Source of the DNA: Macrostomum lignano
Lineage: Eukaryota
Length of the DNA stretch: 60,701 nucleotides
Reading direction: 5' to 3'
Assembly (NCBI GenBank): GCA_002269645.1
Contig: NIVC01002037.1
Coordinates: forward strand, 211,518-272,218
The notes beneath the pieces were generated by a model. It ran no database searches and was not told the DNA's origin. It was given only the letters and a program-made list of their open reading frames with translations. Of this stretch, positions 1 to 12,758 are shown piece after piece. Position 1 is the first letter of the stretch; every line of letters begins with the position of its first letter. The position numbers and the translations under genes are program-made.

Positions 1-2064
1 AGGTCAACAGGTGCTCATCAAATGATTCCATTCCTGGGCAAATCAGCTGCCGCATGCTGCATGCCTGGGTGATCTCGAACTTGCGTCTGTCAGCGGACAT
101 GCATGCCTGGTAGCGATGAGTTCAGGCAAGCGCAGAAAAAGCAGGAAAGAAGCTGAAAAGCAGCAATGCTTTTGTTTCATCAGACCATCTTCGTTGCTGA
201 TGAGAATCTGCTGTCTTTGCTGCTCCAGCCCTGACTTGCTTTTTGGCTGAACTTCTAAATTCACGACTGGGGAGACTTGTTGCTGAGAGTTGTGGGGAAC
301 ACTGTGCTTCCCAGTGACTGAAGCGAGCGATTCCCTGCGGCGTTAGGAACTCTCCGCGGCTTCTCTCAGTCAGTCCTTAGGAGTCTTAGCTGTAGTCAGG
401 AAAAAGAAAAACCATTTTTTTATAACTGACGCCAGTGCATCAACTTTATTCTTCTTCTACAATAAAGAATACATTTAACAAACTTAGCAGCTACTTTCAG
501 TAGCAAAATAAGCGTCAGACGGGTAGAAACTTTTATTGTTGCATATATTTGTACTTACAGCATATTTCGCATGAGCAGAAGTCTCTTGCATGACACCGAA
601 GTGTAACAAACTGCTGTACAGGGGAGATTCTGCTGCACAGTTTTGGGGTCATCGTGTGGTTGATGCACACAACTTCTGTGCAGAGTGCAATTGTGTCTGA
701 ATCTGTTTGAATCAAACTTGCCTTATGTGATCAGTGTTAATTCAGTTCAGTTACAGTAGTCAACTAAGAACAGGCGAAGAACCCGTTTACAAACTACTTT
801 CAGTAACCAATTAAGCGCTTTCTTAACAGATTTCACAACTAAGTAGCAAATGTAAAAATTCTGCCTTTGAACTCTTTGTTATAGTTAGAGGCAAGAGTGC
901 TGTGTGCACCCTGGCGCAATTTAAGCGGCATTATCACACAATCGGCGAGAGGCATTGCTGCCCGCGGATACGTACGCAGCCATACGCACAGGTACACACT
1001 CTAGCAGGAGTGTACAGCGGCCCTAACTTTATTAATCGTTAGGCATGTACACTTCACTGTGCCTTGGGGTTGGCCCTCAGGGGTATCAATTGCACGAGCA
1101 GAGCCAAGTCGAGATTCCAACTTAGCCCAAGATGAATGTGGCTGCACTTGGAATCGAGCCTGGGCCGCTGGCACGCGAGAGCGCCGTGATGACCAATTAG
1201 GCTACGCTCGTACGGTCCCCCGCTTTTTGAACTCACTTTAGATTTGATGCGAACGTAATTTCATGTTTTTGTTTCTCTGAAAGAATTCCCACACCCTTAT
1301 TGACTCAAGACCGTGACGGATTTGAGCTGTGTGGTGCTTCTTCCATCAGGCATCCAGCAAAAACTCCGATCAATGATGCACGCCATTCGCTTTCTCTGAA
1401 GAAAAAACGCTCCACTCCCTACCCAGCCTAAAAGAACAATTGCTGGTCACGTGTTTACTTTGCACGGAGACGAATTGTTTTCCAGCTCTGCGAATCTTCT
1501 AAGCAGCTCACGCTCATCCACGCTCCGCAGCTCATCCGCTGAGAGGCCGTGAGAGATGTTTTCACGCTATGCGGAGCAGGTTGGATCTGGAAAACAGTGG
1601 GAAACTTTCTTTAGTAAATAGGAGCGAAAACAGTTGATGGGAACTCGTTGCTAGGAGGCGGAGGGGATCTGCCACGTGACGAAATAGGAAACTGCCAAAC
1701 TGGATAGGAGAGAGGCGCATCGAGGATGTGACTGCGCAGATGGTAAGTCACGTTCGATTTCTACGCTCGTATAACCAGTAAAGAATAGAAATTTTAATGA
1801 ATGTTTTCACCTTGTATGGAACGACACTATAAAGTAACTTGCAATTATACTTCAAGCATTCTCTACCGAAAGCTCTACTACTCTCAGGCAGGTTCGCTGA
1901 CAGGCTTAATTGGTGCTCTGCTTACAGGATAGAAGCCCGAGGGACTGGAGCTCTCTCGACAGGGTTTCTTGCCCCAAAAGTTAGTGTAAACTCAGCATCA
2001 ATCATTGCCTTTCCTCTTCTTTTTTCTGATCCAACTTTTTTGAAGCCGCGTTTTGTTGACACAC

Positions 2065-2078
2065 GTTGCCATGGCAAC
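2065..2078. promoter_or_regulatory. RFX X-box, perfect palindrome GTTGCCATGGCAAC, upstream of WSC-PAN gene 1
   Basis: Exact match to the established RFX palindromic consensus, ~290 bp before ATG 2367. CCAAT at 2118-2122. Function is inferred. Confidence 0.65.
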
Positions 2079-2217
2079 AGAGTGGGACTGGGCTCACGAT
2101 TTAACAAATTTTGAGGGCCAATGAGATTCGAGTCTTCAAAAGTTGCAAGGGATTATATGGGGGGGGGACTTCGCGATCACGGACTGAAGGCTTGAATTCA
2201 TTAGCTATTGCCCTCGA

Positions 2218-2369
2218 TTGGTGCCTAAGCTGCAGGCTATTGCACTCCATTAGTGCCTAAGCTGCAGGCTATTGCACTCCATTGGTGCCTAAGCTGCAGG
2301 CTATTGCACTCCATTGGTGCCTAAGCTGCAGGCTATTGCACTCCATTGGTGCCTAAGCTGCAGGCTATG
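2218..2369 (+). repeat. 32-bp tandem repeat (4 full units + 1 partial) ending at the start codon of gene 1
   Basis: Unit TTGGTGCCTAAGCTGCAGGCTATTGCACTCCA starts at 2218, 2250, 2282, 2314 and 2346. The last unit reads GCTATG and supplies ATG 2367. Confidence 0.95.
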
Positions 2370-4927
2370 CAGCTGGCGTTCCAAAAACTGCTGGCAGCTC
2401 TGCTGTCACTTGGCAGCGTGCTGGTGTCGGCACAGCTGGCAGTCAAGTCCGTCAGCTACATCGGCTGCTTCGTTGACCGCAACGACAGCTCCAGGGACTT
2501 GACGGGCCTGTCGGGCATCACCCGCATTGGCCCATTTAGCCAGATCAAGCCCGCCGGGAGCCATCTGTTCCGCTTTGACATGACCATCGGCAGGTGCGTC
2601 AGGCTGTGCTGGCTCGGCCGGTTCAGGTACCTCGGCCTGCAGGCCACCGGCTTCTGCAGCTGCAGTCAGAGCCACGGCTCCCACGGGCCGGCCTCCGAGA
2701 CCGAATGCAACCGGAACTGCACAGGCGATGCCAAACAAATCTGCGGCGGTCTGCTCAGGAATTCGATTTACGAACTGGTTTATGAAAACGGTGAGCGAGT
2801 GATGGACTCAGGATTGTTGAGCACATTGGAAAGCGAATCTTCAACAGCTCATTTCTCCCACCAAGGATTAAATTGGTTGCTCCCAGGTCAGTTGGTTCGG
2901 AAGACTCTACAGTCATGGGCAGCTGTTTAGATTGAAGCCCCATTGAAACGCACTAACTTGCCTACACTTCAAATTTGCGCTCAGCGAACAATTCTAAGAA
3001 CTCCCATTGTGAAACAAACACTGCGACTTTATATATCAATGGTAAATCAAGTGTAAGCTTCAAACTGTAAACTATACAATAAATAGAGTTCAGTATTTAT
3101 CAGTGAGAGCCAAAATAAACAATCAATGTGGATACAATTGTTTTTGACAATCTAAATGATAATTTGGACATTCACAATGAGAAACGCATACAGCGAGCCA
3201 TATAGTCCGTGGACAATCTAATCGATGAAAAGCCGTTCTAAATGAGAACTCGGACATTCAAAATAATAAAATGCCATTTTAAGTGATAATTTTCGCTGCC
3301 AAATGTTTTCAACAGATTGCTTGAATTTTTAACTGATTAACGGAACAAGAACTCAACAAAAAGTCAATCTAGAGTGATTAAAAGGCAGAAGAACTAAAGA
3401 CAAAGGATGGCAGCATTGGCAGCTGCAGTACCCTTGCTGCCACTTTGATGGAGTGCCCAGCCTTGATGGCATCGATCAGGCGACGGCGATCTGCTTCACT
3501 TGTTTGAGGCGGCATTCTGCTGCTGCTGGTGCGCGCGATGAAAGAAATTCTCATTTAGAATGGCAATTTTTATCGATTAGATTGGCCACAGACTCTGTCC
3601 ACGGAGCGAGCTGCCGCAGCCATAGAGCAGCCATTGGCCATAGAGTGTTTCTCGTTTTGAATGTCCAAATTATCATCTAGATTGTCAAAAACGATTGTGC
3701 ACCACCCAGGAACTCCTCATATGGGCATCGAATAGAGCAACACTCGTGCCATGCGCGTGTTAAGAAACTTTCAATTGACCTGGACCCAGGTGCCTTCCAC
3801 ATCTGGTGACTTTGGTTCAGACCAGACTAATGTCACATCAAAGCCACGTCAGCCATATCTTCTCTTGGGCTCAGATCATAGACTAGACTCAAAAAGAACT
3901 CTTAGAATTGTTTGCTGAGCCAAGGATCCGCCCTCGGCCTGATAAAAACGCATCCTCGGACTTTCTTTTCCATAGAACGATTAATTATCACGTGTGATCT
4001 ATACTTCTAAACCGACAATATCTACCTCTAGTTGAAACATGGTTGATTCAAATCATGGGTTTCAACCATAGACAGTCTCCGCGGACCGCGAAATTACCAC
4101 AAAAAGACTGCTGAAATAACAGTCATTGTCTTTTCATTCTGCCAGCGGGCCCCAATTTTGCAGTCGGGCATCTGTGGCGTTTTCAGCTCACATTTTTAGT
4201 AGCCGTCTTTCCCCAATATAACTGTCGGTTGCTTCCTTTCACTCAAAGTAGATTGTTCTAGTCTGCCGTTCTCCAAGTTGGGTGTAGAAATCCAAGCCAT
4301 GATAGACTCGAAGCAGCTGCGATTTGCATTTGTTGATCTGTCTCACAATGCATTCCATCGGAGCTTAAATTTTTAACTCTTCTTCTTCTTCTTCTCTTCT
4401 CTTGTTTCTCTTATTTACTGTCTCGAAAATTTGTCTATGGTCTGAATGTACACCCCGACAGACGCTCTGCCCCACAGCCCAGCTAGCAGCGGTACAAATC
4501 TATGGTAAATATATGGAACCTCCTATTTCCGTCCGCACAGAGGGGTAACACGGGCATGAACAATAAGTTCTTCAAGTAAACTACTGTATTTCTTAGGATG
4601 CATATTGCTGGGAATTACTTGCAGTTTTAGGGTATCCTGGATTGTCGTCAACAATAAAACAAAGCCTCTGGTATTTCAGCAACTGGCGGCTTCAAGACGC
4701 TGCCAGCAGCATCGCAGCCTCTGGTGTCTGACCCAGGATTCAGTGTCAGCACTCACTGGAGTCTGCCCGCCGCCGTGTCGCTCGAGTGCCTCGCCGCCTG
4801 CCACCGCAGCCCCAACTGCCTCGCCTGCGCTTTCGTGCAGTCCAGCCGGATGTGCCGGCTCCTGAGATTCGCCGCTGTTCCCAGCGAGGTCGCCAGCGAG
4901 GCCCAGTGGGTCTGGATGAAGCTGTGA
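2367..4927 (+). CDS. Secreted WSC + PAN/apple-like protein 1 (exons 2367-2790, 4680-4927; 223 aa)
   Basis: Hydrophobic signal peptide MQLAFQKLLAALLSLGSVLVSA. 8-Cys WSC pattern YIGCFVD...C-x3-C...YLGLQ...CxC...C-x3-C-x-G...CGG...NSIY. Phase-1 intron GTGAGC 2791 to TTTCAG 4679 joins in frame to a C-x3-C-x5-C...F-x6-C-x-L module. Confidence 0.85.
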
Positions 4928-5264
4928 TCCTTGACTGAGCCGTCACTTAACAAAAATTCCCAAATTACATCATGCTCTGCGACAAAAATAAACCTGGGCC
5001 AGTGCCCTGCTGGGAAAAATTGTCACGGTTAGCGCATGTACGTGTGGCTACTACGAGTAGCAGAGAAGCGTAAAACTTCGATTTTTTGCACCAAACGAGT
5101 TATAAAATTGGAATCGGTTCGAAAATCTTTTATCGAAACAAAAAACTACAGTAAATCCACTCAAGCACGGGAGCTCAGTGTCTCAGTTTTTATGTTCCCA
5201 TAAAATTAAAGCTCTCATCGGATTAGCTACGGAGGAAGGCACAATGCGTCTCTTCTATTTTACA

Positions 5265-5279
5265 GTTGCTATTAGCAAC
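5265..5279. promoter_or_regulatory. RFX X-box-like palindrome GTTGCT-ATT-AGCAAC upstream of gene 2
   Basis: Perfect inverted half-sites with a 3-bp spacer, which the RFX consensus allows. ~410 bp before ATG 5691. TATATAAG at 5621. Confidence 0.5.
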
Positions 5280-5690
5280 TGAAAATCTGCATAAAAAAAC
5301 AAAAAATGCAGGCGCTCCTGCCAGTCTCGTACGATGGTAACAATGGCAAGCCATGCATCCGTGGCTCTTTTTATTGAGTAGCAGTGAAACATTGATCGTG
5401 CAGTCTTCAATGCGGGAAAAATCTGCTGTCGAAAAAGCTGCAGAAACATTCAATCGGAGTGCGAATCGATATCCGGTGCGCTAAACGGCTTAAGTCATTA
5501 TTGCTGAGCACGTCTGACACAATGAGGCCGCCATCAATGGTGGAACCGGAGACCGGAAAGGCTGCAGTTTCAGCCTATTGCGGTTGTGGATTCCCTCAGA
5601 CTCTCAGGGGTTCGGTTGACTATATAAGTAACTCAAGACAGCCCTCAGCTCGAAGCAGCTCGCCCACTGGCCCCGGGCCCAGGCTCCAGG

Positions 5691-6783
5691 ATGTTGCATC
5701 CCTTGCTGCTCCTAGTACTAGCAGCCCTGAGCACAATGGCGAATGCTCAAGCAACAATTAGCCACTCAAACTACATCGGTTGCTATGTGGACGGGGACGA
5801 CACCAGCCGAGACTTGACCGGCATGGCGCCGTTTTCCACCTTCGCGTCCACGAGCGTCGGGTCCGGCATTCTGTACAGGCCGGACATGACGGTGTCCATG
5901 TGCGGCAGGATCTGCGCTCTTGGCAGATTTCGCTACTTTGCTCTACAGGCCACCGCCTTTTGCAGCTGCGATTCAACCTACGGCAGCCACGGATCCGCAG
6001 CCGAAGCCGACTGCTACCAGGACTGCGCTGGCAACGCGTCGGAGAAGTGCGGCGGACCCTACAGGAATTCCATCTACGAAAATGTCTACCAGCCTGGTAC
6101 GAGCCCGCGTCTAGGAGGCTTTAAAGCCTTCTTTAAAGAAAACTAAAGCCTTAGCTGTTCTTTGTTGCGTAGCCACCTGAGTAGCTGAAGTCCCTCTGGG
6201 AAATCTTGAGAGGTCTAACTATGGCTGAAGAACTAAGTTCCCTGAATATATTCATAACAGAGTCGTGAACAAGGACTACATGTACTAAAGTAGAAGGACG
6301 CAACACTCAAAGTTCAGAAGCTCAGTGTCGTCATGACGTCAGCCGAAGCTTAGGGACGACTGGTCATGTACTCTGGAGGCAGTGCAAGACTGCGAAATAC
6401 CGGTACGAGTACAGAAGAGACTCTAGATGGCACGCGCACGTATCGTATTTGTAGAAAGAGCCTTTTTTATTTAAGACCAGAACGGCATGGTCCTCACTCC
6501 CCTACGCCGCATTTCTTCACTTACAGTCGGTTCAAAGTTCACCAAGGCCGCCTCGAGCTCCAACAGCATCGTGAAAAACGCAGGCCAGTCAATCCTGACC
6601 CACTGGAACGACACCTCGCCATCAGCCAACGGCCAAATTAAATGCGCGGCCACTTGCCAGCGCAACCCAACCTGCCTCGGATACGCCTTCGGGCAGTCCA
6701 GCCGCACCTGCTGGCTGACGACCTTCGCCTTGGCGCCCCCGATCGTCGCTGGCGAGTCGGCCTGGATCTGGATGAGGAACTGA
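5691..6783 (+). CDS. Secreted WSC + PAN/apple-like protein 2 (exons 5691-6096, 6527-6783; 220 aa)
   Basis: Signal peptide MLHPLLLLVLAALSTMANA and 8-Cys WSC domain. Phase-1 intron GTACGA 6097 to TTACAG 6526. Exon 2 contains CAATCQRNPTCLGYAFGQSSRTCWL, a PAN-type core. Confidence 0.88.
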
Positions 6784-9700
6784 AGCTGGAAACCAGCAAG
6801 TTCGAGCGAAGCGATCACTCGGCTGCGACACAGACAGATTTTTGAGTAGCAACGCAATGAGCAAAATATAAACAAAAGAATTTCTTGCAACCCAATTTTT
6901 ATGCATTCTGGAGTTCTCTTTTCTTAGAATGACTTTCCTAAATTTAAAATCCTGCTACAGCTACCAGAACTATAAGCAGCTTTCTTAAAACTTTGACTCA
7001 TCGATCCACAACTTGACGTTTCGAACATTACAACAACAAAACAAAAAATACGCAACTCAGAAAAGTAAAGTCATGCTGTCAGCGTGTGTCAAATAGAGCG
7101 CCGCAACGCGGTGTCGGGCGCTCCGGCGTTGCACAGCAGGAAGTCCACATGTATCGAAAGGTTCGCCTGGCCCTCCTAAATGGGCCCCGTGAAGTATATA
7201 AGCAGCAGGATGGGCAGCAGCTCTCGGTCCGGATCTCGTGGCCCGCCGGCGCAGGATGGTGGACGGGCGTTGTAGCTGGGCCCTCAGGCGCAGGTCTTGG
7301 TCCCGACTCTCTCGTCAGCTCGAAAGGCCGCACGGAGCAACTCCGAGCGCGCCGAGTCCATCTGCCGCTCCAGAGTGGCCATCGGCGTTCAAGTCTCGGC
7401 GTTGTACAGCTGGACGATTTTTATCACCGTTTGTCACAGCCGTCGAGCCCTCTGGCAGTCGGGCAGAGCATCGGACTGAAGGACAGCCCGGATGGATGGG
7501 TAGCCTGTCAGGGGCGAGCCCTTAAGTCTAGAACGTACGAAAAGGTTTGTAGTGCATGCGCCCTTGTCAGTTGGCAGGGCGCGTTGCACTTTGGGGCTGG
7601 TTGGGGGGGGGGTTGGCGGGCGTGGCAGGGTCTGGCCGCCGGCCGGGCTTTGCGCGTGCCCCTCCCCAGCCGTGCCCCTGCCCCGTGCTCAGGGCTGGAT
7701 GGCTGCGGCCGGGCCAGCTTTGGCGTGGGTGCGGCCCCTCCCCCCCTAGGCGGGGTTTTGATTGGCTGGCCGGCGTGGCCAGTCTCTATTTTGTTGGGGT
7801 AGCTTGTTTGGGTGGGCTTAGCCGGTCTGCCCCAGGGTTTGATTATTATTTAATGCGGCTCTGGGCCTTGCTCGCGCCATTTGCTCTGTTTGCTCTGTTT
7901 GTTCTGTTTGTTCTGTTTGTTCTTTTTGTGTTTTTGTGGGCTCCGAGATAGTAAGCGCGAGACTTGACTTGAGTAAGAAACAGCGACATTAGCTACCTAC
8001 GATAACAGAAACCCGAGAGCTCAATTGAGAAGTCAGTCTTTGAAAAGAGTCTGAGAATTAAGAAGAAATTAGAAGCCGGCTTGAGACCTCAGAGCCAATC
8101 AACAAACGTGCGAACCTGCGCTTGAGACCTACGAGCAATAAACGTACGAACGGCGATTTGGCCACTGGTAAGCCGCTGCTGCTTGAGTTCGTTCTTTTCT
8201 GGGAGCTTGTTAGGCTGAGTTCTTGCCAGAGCGTCATAACGCCGGGAGATCATATAGCTTTTTGTAGTATTGTACCGTCTACTCTATATAGTGTGTACAA
8301 CCTACAGTATTGAGACTAGAAGCACTCGAGAGTGTCACCACACCTCAAGTCGCAGCGTGAACTCTGAGTGTCACAACACCAGAGGGATCGAAATATTATT
8401 GCAGAGCGTCGTCACGCCTTCTCGTATCCATAAAAGTACAGACAGAGCGTCACTACGCCTGTATATTACGTATAATATATATTGTACTCGGGACTGGGCA
8501 CCCAAACCGACCCGGGTTACGACAGGTTGTTACGAAGTCGTTACGTCGTTACCACGTTACGAAAAAGTCGTGTATCGAAACTTTTAGACGTTTCCTACGG
8601 CTGTTTGTTCCATTTAGTGTCAGCTTTCCAGCGCTGTGGAAAACAGTCTCGACTCCACCGAAAAAAATCATTGTATTTCAGTCACTTAGGGTCACACGGA
8701 CTTTCACGCACAATGGCCCCGTGCGCAGCCGTAGATCCCCGTAAACATCGTAGACCATGCAGCTAGACCAGCGAGGCACATGAACCGCTGGCATCGCAGA
8801 AGTTCAGTTACGATGGTTTCCTGGATGCTGGCAATTAGGCCAACGCATATACAGCAGCAGACTTAACCCAACGGAAGTCGTTTTAGAAAGTTTTTTTTTA
8901 AATCCTTAGAAATGACCCAAAACAGTAAATTTGAGCTCCGATAAGCATCTAATTTACGGAGACCCAAGCGCATAGACTTCTAAAAGTTTAAAACGACCTT
9001 CTATTGAAATCCATGGAAGAACCTTGAAGCTTCTTTCGAAAAAGCATTCGCTGCGGTTGATTGTTGCTTTTGTTCTGTAACTCTATTTTTCAAGCAGAAA
9101 TTTGCTATAAAAATAGTCAATAGGCTCAGTAAACGGTGCAACCAACAACGGAAGTAGGGAGCCGGTACATTATTGTCATTTTTTCTTCTAATAACAACCT
9201 CTGTCTGCACCCAACTATGGGCATGATGTTGGCTCGTATCGGCCTATTGGGGGGCGCAGAGCTGGGGAACTCGGCAGCCTGGCCCTTCAGTTGCCGTAGG
9301 GCGCTGTTGAGGCGCTGCCAGATTACGAGCACGAGCGTATTACTCAATCAGCAGAGATCTAGAAATCAGTAAATCACCTCTTAACAAAGGACTTGAAAAA
9401 TGCCTATGCTCGTAGGTCCTGGCTTAGCCTTTATTATTATTAAGATGCAGAGGGAAGACCCCACGCGCTCACGCGCTCGCATGCAGAACAGGCGGGAAAG
9501 GCTGACAGCAGCGGCTCCTGAGGGGTCCAGCAAGTCAGCGATGAGGCAGTCAGTCAGAGCGACAGTGCGGGCGTGCACGGACGTGGCGCAGTTGCTCGGT
9601 CGGCCGGTGTAGCAATGCGAGGGCCAGAGGGACGGGCGCACCGCGGCCAAGGGTCCGGAGGCAGTGGCCCAGAAGCATCTGACGGCGCCGGCGCAGGGTA

Positions 9701-10436
9701 TGCCTCCTAATATTTAGTACTCAACACACGCGCTACATGTACCCTTAGTATGTGAATTGTGCATTGTGCATTGACATGTACTTTATGATGGCAAACACTC
9801 CGCACTGCAGTTAGTATGGGCGTTAAATGAAGCACGTCTATTGAAGAGGTTATTGTTGGTGTTAAAATACAAAAAATCAGGAAGACCGAATATAATGCTA
9901 ATTAATGCTCTCACAAACTACTGAAAGTAAGATTTAAGAACGGACCACGCCTAGGAGGGCTTTGGGTCTCCCTCGCTCGTTTTTCTAAGCAGAAGCCACG
10001 GCACGGAAACCATGGGTAGAGCCGTAATGTCCTTTGTCCACAGCCGGTGCAGAAGGTGCTGCTTCTGACTCTGCGGGCCGACTCCGCAACCGGTTGTCAC
10101 CAAATTTCTCAATATTACTCGTATATTTTTCAATGATTTTCAATGCAAGAATATTGAATAATATTTGCTGGGAATCCATCTTGGCGTTGATGATGCAACA
10201 GAAAATAACTCTGATCAGAGAAAGTCACAGCAGAGCAAGCAAAGTTAATCAAAGCTCAAAACTAATCATTTCCAGCATCAAACTCCAGTTTAGAAGTGAC
10301 TTTATTAACTTTAACAGAGAATTAAGAGAAGTAGGCTAAGAAATACAAAGATTTTAATCAAGGAGGGGCTCTCGATTTGTCAGTAATAATGGCTCCGCTG
10401 TTACGGACTGCTCAAGTTCAACTCATCGCTCACTGA

Positions 10437-11189
10437 TCACAGCTTCACCCAGACCCACTGGGCCTCGCTGGCGACCTCGCTGGGCACAGCGGCGAATCTC
10501 ATGAGGCGGCACATCCTGCTGGACCGCACGAAGGCGCAGGCGAGACAGTCCGGGCTGCGGTGGCAGGCGGCCAGGCATTCAAAAGCCACGGTGGCCTCCT
10601 GGCTCCAGTAAACCCTCCTGACCAGCATTTCGAGCACGGTGATCAGGGCGATTTCGGTTGAAGCCATCGACTTGTAGGACCCATTGGCTGGAAGTTAACG
10701 GAGAAATAAAACTTATTTTAAACAAAAACATTGTCAACAGCCACATCTTAACTCACCTGATGTGTAGATGTTTTCATGCAGACTGATTTTTTTGGTCCCA
10801 CCGCAGGACTGCGAGTTGTTTCCGGCGCACTTCTTAACATCGCAGCCTCCACCGTTGCACGGCGGAATACGCTGCACAGTCGACCCGCAGACGCACTCGC
10901 TCCCATCGCGCAGACCGAAGTAACGAAATCTGCCCATGGCGCAGGCGCCACTGCAGAACTCGATGGTCATGTCGTCTCTGTCAAGGACGCCTCTTGCAAG
11001 GTCAACATCATAGGCTCCAAGCATTGCCACACCCGTCAGCCCGTTCAAGTCTCCATGCGAGCTGTTACCGAAAGTGTCCAGGCAGCAGTCCACGTGGTTA
11101 ATGAATTGCACAATGGGCTGACCGAACACCGAGGCAGCTGTCAAGAGTCCAACAGTCGAAGTGAGCGAGATGAAGACCCATGGCAACAT
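10437..11189 (-). CDS. Secreted WSC + PAN/apple-like protein 3 (exons 11189-10757, 10687-10437; 227 aa)
   Basis: Signal peptide and a WSC domain with 10 Cys. 69-bp phase-1 intron GTGAGT...TTCCAG. C-terminal module nearly identical to those of genes 1 and 4. Confidence 0.88.
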
Positions 11190-11316
11190 TGCTGTTGCAG
11201 TTTAGCAGCAACAGGGAAATTTCACGGAGAAGATCTGGCCTGGCCGCTTAAATGCAGTTGATGCTGACTTTGCAGCTCTTTTACTTTATTGGTTGCCAGG
11301 CCCTGATGCTGAAATG

Positions 11317-11330
11317 GTTGCTATGGAAAC
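11317..11330. promoter_or_regulatory. RFX X-box GTTGCTATGGAAAC upstream of gene 3
   Basis: Fits the GTHNYY-AT-RRNAAC X-box consensus. ~130 bp before ATG 11189. CCAAT on the minus strand at 11292-11288. Confidence 0.6.
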
Positions 11331-12223
11331 GATGCAGCTGTGCGTACAAGCCAGGCCCGTATGAGATATTTGCATCATCGAAGGCCAGTCCCAAGTTTCG
11401 GCCTTAATGAAATATGGGAGACTTTTAAGTGGTGACAGCACCGGTGTGTGAATGCTTTATGAGCTGTCACTCATTTTCTTGCGAGCGTCATCAATATTTG
11501 ACTTCAATCTCTCACTCTCACACAGTCACTGACGTAAAAAATCGTGTGAACGTGCGTGATTTCGGACATTTTATACCGTACTTACAAGTCAGTAAGGTGG
11601 TGATTAACGTGCCTCAGTAATTCTTTTATTACGAGTACTTTTCAACTTCAGCAAAATAATTTCGTCGCTTCTCTGCTCCAGTTTACATGCAGTTCCCAAC
11701 GTATCATATTCAACCATCGCTATGAGCACACAAGCAACTTTGCGAGCAGCGGCTCTTGCAAACTTTTCTTTCTTCTTAACTTTTCTCCTAGAAGCTAGCT
11801 TTGATAATTCACTTTGCGAAGAAAAAGTGAATAAAATTGTCATACCTTGTTGGGGTTACAGCGGGAATTTTCGCAAACTGCCTTCTCACACGGCCATGCT
11901 CTCCACGAAGTGATAGTCGTTGTTCCGACAGAAGTCACGAGATGCTCAGCTTCCTACCAAAAAGCATCATTCACATGCGGAAGCAGAGCGGCGCTGCAAC
12001 AGGAATTGAAGACTGCCTTCAGTTTGGATCGATCACAGTTTCTCACGTCTCCACAGCTTTTGTTAAAGCATCAGCTGCAGTGTTCCATTCTCAGTGAGCA
12101 CTTCGCACCGGGCATGATCCGGTCTTGGAGCCGCTGCTCCGGAAGACAAGAGTTTGCAGCGGCAGGACGCGCGGCTTCCTCTTGGCTTGGTTTAGCTTAG
12201 TACCTGGCATATCAGCAGGCAGG

Positions 12224-12758
12224 TGCAATATTAGCAATCATGAATGCAATATCAGCAATCATGAATGCAATATCAGCAATCATGGGTGCAATATCAGCAA
12301 TCATGAATGCAATATTAGCAATCATGAATGCAATATCAGCAATCATGAATGCAATATCAGCAATCATGAATGCAATATCAGCAATCATGAATGCAATATC
12401 AGCAATCATGGGTGCAATATCAGCAATCATGAATGCAATATTAGCAATCATGAATGCAATATCAGCAATCATGAATGCAATATCAGCAATCATGAATGCA
12501 ATATCAGCAATCATGAATGCAATATCAGCAATCATGAATGCAATATCAGCAATCATGAGTGCAATATCAGCAATCATGAATGCAATATCAGCAATCATGA
12601 ATGCAATATCAGCAATCATGAATGCAATATCAGCAATCATGAATGCAGCAATCATGAATGCAATATCAGCAATCATGAGTGCAATATCAGCAATCATGAA
12701 TGCAATATCAGCAATCATGAATGCAATATCAGCAATCATGAATTCAATGTCAGCAATC
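12224..12758. repeat. 21-bp minisatellite (GCAATATCAGCAATCATGAAT), ~25 copies
   Basis: Directly visible. Single-base variants and one internally deleted unit. Confidence 0.97.

Noticed and set aside
196-260. CTGATGAG hammerhead-ribozyme core motif (also ~41913)
   Set aside because: No paired stems or downstream GAAA core found.
1000-1450. Possible very degraded Tc1/maT transposase on the minus strand (SWAKLESRL, spacing like WP..SPDLNP.DY..W..LE)
   Set aside because: Catalytic residues are absent, frames are broken and no TIRs were found; needs a TBLASTN/HMM hit.
8874-9002. Short imperfect inverted repeat (GAAGTCGTTTTA...TAAAACGACCTTC)
   Set aside because: Too short and mismatched, and no TSD.
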